A DNA stretch of 64,000 bases from assembly GCF_009914755.1 (NCBI RefSeq), contig NC_060939.1; one strand, 5' to 3'. The notes beneath the pieces are model-generated. The model searched no databases, was not told where the DNA came from, and saw nothing but the letters and a program-made list of their open reading frames with translations. This DNA is from the human T2T-CHM13v2.0 reference genome, Homo sapiens. Of this stretch, positions 1 to 16,462 are shown piece after piece. Made by a program: the position numbers and the translations under genes. Position 1 is the stretch's first letter. Each line of letters starts with the position of its first letter.

Positions 1-1699
1 TTTGATATGGCATTCATTTTCTTGAAAGCTATATTTTTCATTCATTGCATCCTCTCCATTTAAAAAAACTTTTGATTGTCTCAGTTATTTTAATGAGGAC
101 TTGTTTTTATATATTAATAAACCATCTTTTGTTTTAATTTCCATGAACAATTTTTAAAACTAGAGAGTTAATAAATTATAAATTATAGTTCCTCACATTT
201 ACAGCACCTATGTAACAAATTTAAAATCACTGCTCTATAATCATAGCTTTACCTCAAGGTCCTGAGTGAAGATAGCTCGAAAATGGCAGAAGGTCAAGTA
301 TTACTTCTATGACAAATTCCAGATTAGGCATTTCAAAGCCATCCTTTTCTCAGGAATGGAATCTGACCCACCCAACAAAAGCCGTAAACATCTAAATTCT
401 TAGCCAGATTATGTGATTCTGTCTCCATAGACTTATGAGCCTCATTAAGTCACACAGATGATCTTATACTGCTTGCACAATTATAAGCCCTGTAAAAAGA
501 CTCCAGGGTTGATTTTATATGTATATATTAATGGTAGGAGAAAGGTGTCATAGTTTCTTGATTTTTATAACAGATTTTATAACTGTTATAAAAATCGAAA
601 CATGCTTACAAACGAAAGCATGTAAACATGATTTTCCCATCATTTCTCATCTCCAAATCTGCTATAATTTTTTAATTATATGTTTTCTCCAAGTTATTTT
701 AATTATTTTCTCCAAAAAATCTCAATTAAGTGTGAAGCAGTATTCATGGGAAGTGATCTTGCCCAGTAAATTTTACATTGAAGGCAACTACTCGGTAGCA
801 ACATCTTTGTGAGGTCAAGGATAAAAATATCAACTGGGGTGAAGTAGGATGGAGTGAGCTGATCTTTCAGGTCCCTTCTGGCTCTAAAATTCTATACTGT
901 TTCAAATGCAGGACCCAGAAAGGCTAAGCTGTGCCATGCATATCCTACCCAAACCCAAGGAATTAGGCCGGGGATTTGTATTTTATTTTTCCAGTGAGCA
1001 ACTATGTGATTGCCCAATATAATAATCTAGTTATCATCGAATATGGAACTGAAACTCAAGGTTATTTTTTCTAGTTTATAACTCTCCCAAGTAGGTATTA
1101 ATACCAAATGCTCAATCCTGGCCTTGAAACTCCTTAATCACAATATTTTGATGGAACTTCACTCTTAAGTCTCAACTCTATTAGACAAACCTTATAATAC
1201 TGGCTTTTTTTTTTTTCCTGCCTCTAATCCCAAATGTTGAAATTGGCTAATCACCATGCTCAGAATATCATTCTGGATCTTTCATGCATACCTAATTGCT
1301 TTGATCATAAGGTAGCAAGAATTTGGTTTTACTGAAACTTTCATACAAATTAAAAGCTGGTCTCAGAGAGTACTTATATAACTAAAAGAATATAATTAAT
1401 TCTATATGCACATATATAGTACATCCAGAAACTGGGCTTCAGAGTTTTATGCGAGTGAGTCGTATTTATTTGCTTGTTTCTATATCAATACCTTTGTACT
1501 TGGTTGGCATTTTTTTGCCTAAATGAGACATAAATTTATTGAGGGCAATAAATAGGCTTCCAAACTCTTTACAAGCTTTTAAGAAACTCTTATTATGCAT
1601 ATTTCATGAAGTGGTCAGGCCCAGAAAACAGAATTTTGAAAAAAAAATTTTCAGTTTCTGAAATCTCAGGCCCTTAGAAAGAACAGCATATATTCTTTA

Positions 1700-1837
1700 T
1701 TTTATTTTAAGTTCTGGGATACATGTGCTGAACGTGAAGGTTTACTACATAGGTATACATGTGCCATGGTGGTTTGCTGCACCTATCAACCTGTCATCTA
1801 GGTTTTAGGCCCCGCATGCATTAGGTATTTGTCCTAA
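1700..1837 (-). mobile_element. 5'-truncated L1PA 3' end with TSD ATATTCTTTA (1690-1699 and 1838-1847)
   Basis: 'ttttaagttctgggatacatgtgctgaacgtg...gtgccatggtggtttgctgcacc' is the reverse complement of the L1PA 3' UTR; 10-bp direct repeat on both sides. Confidence 0.85.
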
Positions 1838-2080
1838 ATATTCTTTAGGAAAAAGATATTTAGAGGCTAAAATCTTGTCTTGTATTTGTGACACTATGAA
1901 GTAGTAAAGTTTTTTGGCAACGAAACATGCAAACCTTTGGATTTCGCTACAGAAACTTTTTTAAACCACTGACAAAAACATAAGACTTACATCTACTAAA
2001 ATTTAAAAGGAAAAAAGGAAAAAACACTATATACAACTTCTATAATCATTCTTGGTGTTCAATACCTTCTCTCACTCTCA

Positions 2081-2740
<660 letters not shown>

Positions 2741-3409
2741 CTAAAGAACATAACAACATGCATTTTGAAAGTCTTTATGATTCTCCTCCTTCGCAAAAAA
2801 ATTAAGGTAACTATTTTGGTTAACCTCTGAAGCTAGGAAATGTAAAATCAAAATTAAAAGGAAACATGATTTTAGATAAGACATTATTCTAAAAACTATA
2901 CTTACACTAAAATTGGTCAAAATATATACATAAATATGTTTATATGTATGTATAGACACATAAACACTCACACATATAATTATATAATTAGCCAAAACTA
3001 ATGTGAGAAAAAATTTCATATTACTTTTCTTAATACAGATACAATCTCAAATTTTATCTGTGCCCCCAACAAATTAAGTATCTTTTACCTAAAGCAAAAG
3101 CGGACTCATAAGGATTTTTTACTATTACTTAGGAATATAGCACACACCTGCATAATTACTTGCTGATAAGTGTAACTGTATTTTAATGCACTTTTAGTGG
3201 CTAGAACAGTTCATTAAAGGACAATACCAAACAGAAAAAGTCATTTTTCATTAGTCTAATTTGTTTGTATGACAGAATAATAGAACTAGTGGATCACAGA
3301 AAAAAACAGGTAGTACATAACTAAAAAGTAATAGCGAAATCAAAAAACCTAAGCTCCAATCCTGACACCAATTTGCAGAGGAAGCCTAGCACAGATGCTT
3401 AACAGAACA

Positions 3410-3630
3410 GAATCTGGAGACAAACTGCTGGAATTAACTTACCAGCTGAAGAACTAAAGGCCCATTCCTCAACTTCTTTGAGCCTCAATTTCCTCATCTA
3501 TAAAATGGGGATAATTACAATGCCAATTTGATAGCATCCTTTAGGATTAAATGACATAAGGACATAATCCATTTAAAGTACTTAGCCCAGAGCCTGGCAG
3601 ATGATAAGGACTCAATAAATCTTATGTAGT
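3410..3630 (+). mobile_element. MIR SINE
   Basis: MIR core 'gagcctcaatttcctcatctataaaatggggataat'. Confidence 0.8.
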
Positions 3631-4195
3631 TATTACTTTTGGATGCATGGCCTTGCAAAAGTCACTTAATCTCTTTGGCACTAACATCTTCACCTATATA
3701 AAGGAGTAGAGTAGATAATGGCCTTGAGTCCCTTTCACTTTTAATATTCCTGACTGAATTCCTAACTGAATTCAAAGAAGGCACAAGGACGCACTAGTGT
3801 CAAAAGACAGAATTGGGCATCTCCAAAGGCTTGGCCTAGACAATGGTGGTTACCATTGATCAATACTATATATATGGCTGGGATGATGGGATAGAGTACC
3901 TACTAAATAAATTTTCTGCTAAAGGAACCCACTATCTAAGGTGAGCTTTACAAAAGAATTCACTGCAACATTCCTTTGCTACCAGCAGAATAATTCAGTA
4001 GTGATTTGAAACATGTTTAAATAGTGTTTTTAGAGAAAACAGGTCATGTTGCAATGGATGCCTGGAAGTCATTCCCAGGTGACTCGGATAGAGGTGATGG
4101 ATTCCACAGAATTTTTATAACCTGCCCAACCTTACCAAAATGTGCATTTTCTCATGTGAAGTTTTACAAAGAGAATTTGACAGCATTCATCAACT

Positions 4196-4366
4196 CAGTG
4201 CTTCCCAAACTTTGCTGCACATTAGAATCACCTGAGCAGCTTTTAAAAATCCTGATGCCCAGGCCAGGGCCCATACAAAACAAAGTTTAAGGGTAGGGGC
4301 CAGGCAACAGTATTTTTTAAAGATCCTCAAGTTATTCCAATGTGCAGCAAAGTTTGAGAACCACTG
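4196..4366. mobile_element. MER5A-like hAT DNA transposon
   Basis: TIRs cagtgcttcccaaact / agtttgagaaccactg and internal 'cacattagaatcacctg'. Confidence 0.8.
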
Positions 4367-4565
4367 AACCAACTTAACTACTTCTGAATTCTAGAAACTG
4401 TCTTCACACTGTCACAGATCTCAACTAATCACTCTAATCTTAAAATAACTCTATAGCCAATGCTATGGAACCGGCCCTTTCTGGACCTCTTTTGGTTTGG
4501 AGGAAGGATGCACAACATGTTGACATTATTTTTTGTGGCTGATATAATTATCTGGAATAGTGCTA

Positions 4566-5112
<547 letters not shown>

Positions 5113-6238
5113 TTATGAAAAGATCTCTTGGCCTGTTTTATTTTCTACATTGTACTCAACTTTACTATTCTACTTGACTTCTGAGCTCTGAGACACATAT
5201 CCTCACAATCATATTGTTTCTTCTCTCTCTCCCTCTTAAATTTCCTTTTAAAATATTTCAGACATACTAAAAAATATAGATTATAATTTATCATGTGTTA
5301 TCCATTTTTCTTATTTTTATTATTCCCTTTACTTTTTACTACAAAAACAAAACATATTTCAACCTATTACTTTATCTTTGCTATTGGATATGTTGCCTCA
5401 AAACTGAGTTGTTATTATGGTACAGATCTGAAATCTTCAATTTTCTTTTAATTTTTCTACACTTTTATTTAAAAATGTTTAACTCCTTCATTAACCTAGA
5501 ATTTATTGTGATACACGTTGGGTAAACTTAATTTTTCCAAAGTGTTACCTGGCTATCATAAGACTATTATGAAATAATTCCTCATTCCCTTGTTTTAAAA
5601 CAATTTATTAAGCTTTTATTTATAGTAGGGCCTACCTCTGAAACCTGTATTGCACTGAATTAAAATGAATTCTATTTTTGTGACTCAATACAGTCTGAGT
5701 TGTTGCTTTCCAATATATTCCATTATGTGTTAGGGCTTGACTATAATTTTTCCAGAACATTAAAAAACATCTAGTCCTTTTATTTTTCCAAAAACATTTT
5801 ATAGAATTATTTTGTCAACTTCAAATACATTCAGTTTGTTGGCATTTTGATTAGAATTGGTTTAAACCAGTAATTAAGTTGGAAGAGTACACATGGTTAT
5901 AATATCTGTATTTTCCAGTCAAGAAACATGACATTTCTGGAAAGGAGAACTGGCTATTTACCAAGAAGAATGTTACAAGACTACTAACACAACAGAGAAA
6001 ACAATCTTTAAGCATGTGAAAGGATACTGTATAGCTAATAATAAACAAATATATACCTGTTCTCAATTTCATCTAAAGATAGGGCAAGATAGAATGGGAG
6101 TTATTAAATAGTTTCTAAGTTATCCTCATAGGAAAATACATTCTTTCTCTAAGAACAACTTGATGATGACAAGAACACTTGCTAGGCTTTGAGCTATTGC
6201 TTAACATGTATCAACATGTTTATCCTTCAACAATTCTA

Positions 6239-6538
<300 letters not shown>

Positions 6539-7635
6539 TCAGTATTTTATACTGTATATCACTACATAATAAAGTCAAACTGACTGCAAGTACCCTACCT
6601 ATCCCAAACAGTGGATTCTAATCCTTTTGTTGTAAACTTCCCATAGCATCCCATACAAATGCAACAGAGGAAGTGGGAATCTGTGAATGTTTGATGACCA
6701 GTACTATCTTAGAAAGTGTCATACGAGGTACCAATTACCATTTCTAACAACTCCTATTTATCCTGGGAAAGAGAAGGCCTCCTGGAGGACTGCTTGGTGC
6801 CAACTGCTGTCTAATCACTACACCCACCACCTTCCTGACTCCTCATGCTCTACACATGTGCATGAACACATACACTGATCTAGTTTAGAGCCCTACACCT
6901 GCGAACTTTCCTACTGTCGAGAATGAGTTTATACTAAAGAATGAGGGTGATACCTCTGAAGGGAAAAAATTAAGACTTGATTAATTATGAGGGTCATCTG
7001 GTTGTAAATCTGCCACTAGTTACCAGAAGATTATGTTAAATAATTTTACCTTATTCCTTTATTTTAAAATACACACAGATATGCAGATATATGTATATAT
7101 ACGTACATACAACACAAAAGCAGGGTTGATATAAGAGGCTGTATTTCTCGTTAAAGTGCTAAATATGTCAATGTGTAAACTCTGTCTACGTACAAACTCC
7201 AAGGAGTTAAGAAATGGGGAAAAGATAAAGCTCCTGTAGAAATTTATCTACTTAAAAAGTTATTATGAAATATTTCCTTTCTGCTGTATTATGCTATTTA
7301 AGATTAATAATTTCATAAATACCAAAGCAGCACCTTTAAACTCAACTTTTTGTCTGTGGAACGTTTTCTTAACTCTTTTGAAACCCCCTTCAGTAAACAT
7401 TTCGGTAAACTAACTGAAGATATCCTTGGCACCATTACATATATTTGCCTGTATTTCCAGACTTTAAAGGTGCCCTGTAAAATCACGTAGAACAATGTAA
7501 CAAATAAGCAGAATTTCAAGTATTTATCAAAAGTAGAGTGTATTTTCAAAAACTTTACATTGAGTGCTATCTTGTTTAAGAGTTTATAATAAGTAATAAA
7601 ATTAAAATAACTACATAACGGATGTATCAAAGTCC

Positions 7636-7950
7636 AAGGAACTCTTGAGGCTAGAAACCCTGTCAGGTAGTCTGTGAGGTCAAAACTTTTTCCAAAATAA
7701 TATTAAGACACTATCTGTTTTATTGCTGTTCTCTCATGCATAAACAGCACAGTTCTCCAAAAGCTGCATGCTGTGATCATGTCATTGTTCTGACAGTCAG
7801 TGGAATGTGTGCTTGGGTATTTTTGTTTTTTAAAAATTTCTCAGATTTTCCAATAGTGTAAATATAAACCACACAAACAGAAGCTCTTTAGAGTCCCCAA
7901 TTTTTAAAATTGTAAAGGAGTCCTGGGACCAAAATTTTGAGAATCACTGT
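7636..7950. mobile_element. hAT-Charlie-type DNA transposon remnant
   Basis: Ends in 'gtcctgggaccaaaattttgagaatcactg', a Charlie-like terminus; subfamily not assigned. Confidence 0.55.
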
Positions 7951-8533
7951 AATAGGTAAGAAAGATATAACAGATAACTCATCTTTATTCTGTCACAATA
8001 GGCTGTACTTTTCTCAGTATGACATTTCTTTCAAATCAAGTAACTGTGTCAGTTAAAAGCTAGTTTTGTGAGTGCCTCAAAGGAAAGGTATTGGCACCAC
8101 TTTTGGAAAGCTGATGGGAATGATAGATAAAGTTCCATTTAAGGGCACGCCTGCAGATCCAACCACATCAAGTCTCCACACAATGTTGTTAAATACCTTA
8201 TGTGCTTAGGTTTACTTATCTATAACCACCTTAGTGGAATATTTTCTAAAAAATTAGATATGAAAGATTAATAATTAAACTGTGATTCATTCAGATGTAA
8301 AAAGCACCCTCTTTAACCTTGGGCATCTTAATGCTTAGACTAATCTCAAAGGAGCAAATATTTTGTAAACCGAAAGAATATACAGAAAAACCGAGGGGTG
8401 GCAGCTTTATGACAGAAATATTATGAAGAAAAATTTAGGAACATGACAGGTTTTCTATCCTAGAAATGCACAAAATCTTAAAAGTATAAAGTTATGAACG
8501 AGTTCAATGATAGCATTGTATGGGTTTTCATTA

Positions 8534-8869
<336 letters not shown>

Positions 8870-9539
8870 TCAGAAGAAAAATCATACGAGAAGAACAATT
8901 TTCAAATAAGTAAAAACTAGAATTAAAAGCTAGCCAGAAAAGCAACCACAGCTGTGTTTGAAAACCATCTAGATATTGTTGTAGTAATTATAAAAGGTTT
9001 AGAAATTTAGTCAATTAAAATACACTCTCAAGTAAAACTTGAAAGTTACTCTTTGAACTTAACTATATGACAAAAATCACATGAAAGATTTAAGTATGTT
9101 GTGTAAAGTCAGGATATCTTGCTCTTAATATCCAACCTTCTGGAATCTTTCCTATTGCCACTACAAAGATGGCAGGATTTAAAAAAAAAAAAATTACAGT
9201 TAATGTGTTTTGCCATCAACACCATGCTCTCCACAAAGGACCGAGTAAATCTAATTAACGAACCAAAACCTGAACAATCTAAAAAATAGTTTTACTCACT
9301 TGAACACATTAGAATCTTATTTGTTATAGTGTTAAATTTTACTAAGTAGACTACATTCAAAAGGGAGGCAGTATTATTGGAAGAACATCTTAATGATTTT
9401 TCCACTTTAACAGTACAGTGAGGTGGAGCTAAACACAGTCTTAGGCAAAACTATGAAACTGCACAATTTGGTTTTCCCTTTTTCTGTTCACCACCTGGGT
9501 ATCTGAAGTTCTCCTACTGTTTCCCTGGCTACCAGATCA

Positions 9540-9887
<348 letters not shown>

Positions 9888-10400
9888 TTAAATAAGCTTG
9901 AGAATTCTTTTTTGTTTTCATTTCTAAATAAGCTTTTAGGATCATACTTTGTTCCCTAACTTGCTAGGGAACTATTAGCATTTCCTAATCTCATTTGCTA
10001 TTTAAGTAATAGAGGTAACAAATTATGGGCTTCTGAGACTGCCCATTACTTCTTTGTTTCTAATCCATGATATGGCTTATTTGTTAGTTATAAATATTAG
10101 TCTAGAGTTATAATCATTCCACAATATGAAATCAGATCATGGTTTCATTTTGAGGAATCAAAGAAGTGCCCAAAAAACTTGTTATATCCTGAGTTGGGTC
10201 GAAAAGTCAAGAGGTGGCTAAATTCCTAAAAATAAAACTGGTGTGGTAACTGCTAATAGCTCAATTCCAAAAGGTAAAATGGATGATTATGTAAGTGCCT
10301 GGCAAATAAAAATTACGTATCTGGTTCAAGAAGAATTGTCTTCTAAAGTTAGTACCACATTTTAAAAATGTGGTGACCAGAAAGAAATTTTAATCCACAC

Positions 10401-10586
10401 CTCTTGCTCTTCCTTATCCCAATGTGCTTTGGCTAAGATCACTTCACTTTCAACTTGCTGTTTAATATCAGTTTCTTGATCTTTCAGCCACTTGCTCTTT
10501 TCCATCATAAGTGTATCTTGGTACTTTTTTTCAAGTTCCACCTGCAGTTTGCTTACATATTCTTCTCTTTCCTCCAATAGCTGTCT
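10401..10586 (-). CDS. CEP152: Candidate additional in-frame CEP152 cassette exon ('17b', 186 nt/62 aa; alternative acceptor at 10580 gives 180 nt)
   Basis: tttaaag|AGACAG|CTA...GAG|gtgtgg; phase 0 at both ends; stop-free; RQLLEEREEYVSKLQVELEKKYQDTLMMEKSKWLKDQETDIKQQVESEVILAKAHWDKEEQE matches the CEP152 W-x22-W repeat. Whether it is used in human transcripts is not shown by the sequence. Confidence 0.7.
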
Positions 10587-11700
10587 CTTTAAACAAAATT
10601 CAAATAAACATCTCTCTACAACACTAACAGTCTCCAAGTTAAAACATGAACTTGTTGTGCGTGTCTTGGATAGCAAAAAAAATCCCTCTAACTTCTAAAA
10701 TGCACCTACCTAACTCATATTACAATTGTATAAATAAGCCTTAATGTGCATAGAAATGGCATCAGGAATGGGAATGTTGACCATCTTTGCCTTGTCTGCA
10801 AATTCATAGGCTTCACTGATTACTACCCAACCTGAAGGATTCCGTGTATATGATTTTTTCCCCCTTTCTCTCAATGAGCCAGGTTAACATGTGAGGAAAG
10901 TTCTGTGTGCTACTAAAAGCTTTAAAACTTGGAATTGAGCTCCTATTTAACCTGCAACCTGACTCAGCAAGTGTTTCAGAAAACAATGCATGAAACATAA
11001 AAAAACACCCTTTAACTCTTATTGTTACCTGACTCATATATTCTGTATCCAGGTTAAATTCCCTACCTAAAGCTAAGCTGCAGTAAAATGGCTTATGTCC
11101 TGCATGGAAGAGCTACCCCAGAAGTGCCCTCACTTGTTCTAGAGTTTAGTAACATTCTCCCATGTATGTGAAACATTTCCTTTAAAAAAAAAAAAAAGGT
11201 GTATTTTTGCCTACCTCTGAAAAATGTGAGAAGATTAGACAGTCTCCTAAATATAAAGATGTTTCAGTTCTGACTGGCTTATACTACTAAGGGCTTATAT
11301 AATTCTATAGTAAAAAACTAATGAATTCCCAGAGAGGGAAGAAATTAAACTTCTAATGCTTTAAGTACACTGGCCCTTTAAGTGAGGGGTGGGTTTGGAG
11401 GAGGAGTGTAACCACAAAAAGATAGCAAAAGGGAGCGTTTTAGGGTGATAAAACTGTTCTGTATCCTGACAAAACTATAAACGTGTTAAAGGTTTATAGA
11501 ACTATACGCCCAGTGGTGGGAGGAAGTCAATTTTACTGTATAACAATTAAAATTTTTTTTTAATTATACTTTAAGTTTTGGGATACACGTGAAAAATTTA
11601 ACCTCTAAGTTTGGTTTTTTTTTGAAGGATCAAATAGCAGTTTAACTTTTCTTCTTGGACTTGTGTACAAACACTCATGAGCCAAAATATCAGTCAATAG

Positions 11701-12144
<444 letters not shown>

Positions 12145-13171
12145 GCCAATTTTTATACATATAAAAGAATCACACTAGTGATTTCCCCATTTTAATTTTT
12201 AAAACATTACTGAAAGCTAAGTCCTCAATTTCAAGGTAATATAAGATCCTTTCTCACTTTTATACTGCCATCCCTACCTAAAACAGCTCCCTTTAGAAGT
12301 TCTTTTTCCACTAGATGATATGTATACATGGCACATTTTTCACCATATTAATCTATTCAACAATAATCAAGATATTGAATGAACTGAATTCCTCGCCTGC
12401 TCTTTACTATTCTTTTTAAGTGTGTGGTAGTAATAGCTTGCTTTAACATAACTTATTCAAAAACCTCTGTATAGAACATTTATTTAAGCATTTAAAAATA
12501 TTTTCTAATCTTGAGGCAGATAGCTTTCAAACTGTGGTTTGCCGCTGGTCCAAAGTGTGAAGGACAGTCAGGCCTGTTAAGGCACTGGGCCAGGACAGGG
12601 AAGAAAAGAGGAGGTGTGACTGTTTACATGTGATTTTACTCCTGGACACTCACCAAGAGTGACTCAGAAGAATCAGGCAGAGTTGGAGAATCTACTCTAG
12701 CCCCTCCAGCTTCCCTGAAGGAGGTCATACGAAGATGCTGACCTTGCTGTCCATATCCTCCATATCATCACTTTCCCTATCACGAGACCAACATTCAAAT
12801 TCCTACTCTTCTCCCCAGAAGAATAAAATGACAATGAGGTAGTGAGAAAGAAATGGATCCGAGAAAAAGGGCTCTGAACGAATGCTCCGTGCAGCGCTCA
12901 CAGGACTACATAGGGTTTCCTGAACAGTCAACACCGAAAATGAGGATCTGTGATTTTCAGATTTAAAGTGACACTGATCCTTTTTTTTTTTTTGCCCTTT
13001 AGAATAAATCTGCAAGAAAAAAAAAATCACTTTCTCCTATCTATATGCCATTGTACATTAAGGTTTTAATAATCATTTCAGTAATTACTGTATTTTATTT
13101 GTGAGCTATATGAGTGTGATACAGCCAAAAGTAAAGAGAACATATGAATACCTTCTCCATTCACTTCTCTA

Positions 13172-13673
<502 letters not shown>

Positions 13674-14410
13674 TCAAAGGCAATGCCCAGTCTCACTACG
13701 AACACCAAAATGAATTGGTTTCCTTCCTTCCTCCTCACCTCTTCCCTCTAATGCAAATTATAATTGAGGTCAGATAACTTTTCCCCAACTGAAAGTGGTA
13801 ATAATTAATTAATAACCAACAATCTTATGAGAATCTTCAAAATTTTCTTTCTTCAAATGTTTCTAGAGAACAATTAGAAACTTGGATGTGAGACTGCCCC
13901 AGTCCTTCAAATAGAGATAGTAATCTATGTTGAGGACTTCTGTTTATAAAAAATTAATGGCAATAATTGAGGGTGTGGCTCCAAAATTTCAAGTCATCTA
14001 TATTAAACACAAATACTAGCAGTCCCCAACTCACAAGTAAGTTATGTTCCAGAAGTCTGTTTCCAAGTTTATGATTTGGTATTTGGAAGACATATTCCCT
14101 CTCACAGACTTTTTTCTTTATAAAGAATAGTTTCCCAGACGAGTCTTTAAAAAAATATTAACCTATAATATTTCAGTGAACTACAGTTTCAATGATACTA
14201 TAGAACCCAACCCACTACATAACACTGTTTCTATGGAAAATGTGTTCCAAATTCTAATTTGAGAAGCCAGGGACTCATCTCTGCCAATCCAAGATCTCAA
14301 CAGGGTAGAAATCACTCAATCATTTTGAATCTTTTTGTCACAGGGAAGGGCAGGGACTTAGAGGGGAAGGGTACCCAGGAGACAGTCGTCAGGCATCTAT
14401 ATAGACCTTA

Positions 14411-14521
<111 letters not shown>

Positions 14522-15121
14522 CTAGACACAAAAGAATAAACTTAGTACTTACAGAAAATAAACATCATTTTCACTGATTGATTTTGTCTTATTTTTTAAT
14601 ATTTTCTATGCTTTCTCTCTCCCCTATAACAATATTTGACATATTATTTTTACAATTCTGCAAAAGAAAAAGTCTCTTCACGCTTTGATAAGAACATAGA
14701 TTCATTTATTTGACAAGTAGTTTTCTGACAGGACTAAACGTTTAAATTTTGTATTTACTTTGAAATATATAAAATGAAAATATTTAACCAGAGAAGTATT
14801 GGCTAGCTGATGCCTTAAAATAAGTCTCAGAATTCAATAATCTTCAGCAACCATCTAAATAAGCAAAGTTTTACTTCTGGGTCAAGAGCTGGCTAAGGAG
14901 GAAAGAATACCTCTGTCAGCCATGCTACCATAGAGAAAGAGAACTGGAACTACACTAACTTACCTTCCAATGAAACTACTAACCAACAGTTCACTAGCAA
15001 AGGGAAGTAACTGGAACTCATAATCACCTGCTAATATACTTGTCTACTAACTCACATTGCCTCTTTATTTGCAAAAACTCTATTATATCCTTTGTATTTA
15101 ATGAGGAAATAAAAATTCTCA

Positions 15122-15289
<168 letters not shown>

Positions 15290-15329
15290 TCAAAAGTTTT
15301 ACAAGTTTTAAAAAATTCTAAGTTTCACT

Positions 15330-15920
15330 TTGAAATACTTCCATACTTTAAAAAAATTGCAAACAGTACAAATAATCTCCATATAGCTTTTACTCATCTT
15401 CCCCCAATATAACTACAGCACAATCATCAAAACTAGTAAATTAACACAGATGCAATACTATCAAGTAATCTACAGACCTTATACAAATGTCTCCAATTTG
15501 CCCCAAATGTCTGTTTTCTGGTCCAAGATCAAATCCATGATTCTGAGTGGCATTTAGTTGTCATGTTTCATTAGTCTCCTCCAATCTAGGACAGCTCTTC
15601 AGTCTTTCAAACCCATGATGTTTTCTAAGAATACTAACCCGTTATTTTGTAGGATGTTCCTCAATTTGGAGTTTTTAGGTTTATTAAAATCAGGTTATGC
15701 ATCTTTGGCATGCATGTCAAGAACTGATATGTGCTCTTTGCAGGAGACACATGATATCACTATGTCTCACCACTGGTAATAATCAATTGAAGGTGGGATC
15801 TGTCATCTCCATTGTAAACTTACTATTTTTTGTTTTATAATAAATGATAAGTATCTTATAGGATACTTTGAGACAATACAAATATCCTATTTCTCATCAT
15901 ATGTTCTCCTACTAAGATCA
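15330..15920 (-). mobile_element. Old L1 (L1M/L1ME-type) 3' fragment
   Basis: Decayed L1M 3' UTR motifs ('atactttgagacaatacaaatatcctatttctcatca'); boundaries approximate. Confidence 0.55.
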
Positions 15921-16389
15921 AGCATTTATTCTATTTCTGTATGTATTCATTTATGTCAGCATTCACTCACGGACATATATTTTATTCAATACATACAATT
16001 TTTAAGACTCATGATAGACTTTGGCGAATTGCCTTCCAGAAATGTCATCCAAATGTATACTGTCAGGTAGTACATGGGTCTGCCCATCTCTCTTTGCCTC
16101 CAATGGCAGTGATTATCTTTAAATAATTATCTTTGATGGGAAAAGAATATCTAACAATTGCTTTCATTTGTATTTCTTGTGTCACCACCAAAGTGGAACC
16201 TCTTATATACCTTCATTGTTCATTTGTTTTTCCACCTTCCCAGATTTATCTGTTCATTTAACTTTGCATATTTTCCTCTGAGAGTTTTCCTTATCTACTT
16301 TTCTTTTTATTCATTGATGGGGGTTACAAAGATTTTAAAAATATATCTACTCCGTTTCACTTGTTGTGTACCTGGACTCTGAGCTCTTT

Positions 16390-16462
16390 GCCACAACACA
16401 GTGGCTCATCCTTGTAATCCGAGCACTTTGGGAGGTGGAGGTGGGCAGATCACTTGAGTCCA
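16390..16462 (+). mobile_element. Alu left-arm fragment
   Basis: 'cagtggctcatccttgtaatccgagcactttgggagg...gatcacttgagtcca'. Confidence 0.7.

Noticed and set aside
253-391. Possible 139-nt cryptic exon in intron 20 (tttag|ATG...GAG|gtaaag)
   Set aside because: No polypyrimidine tract and an early stop; indistinguishable from chance.
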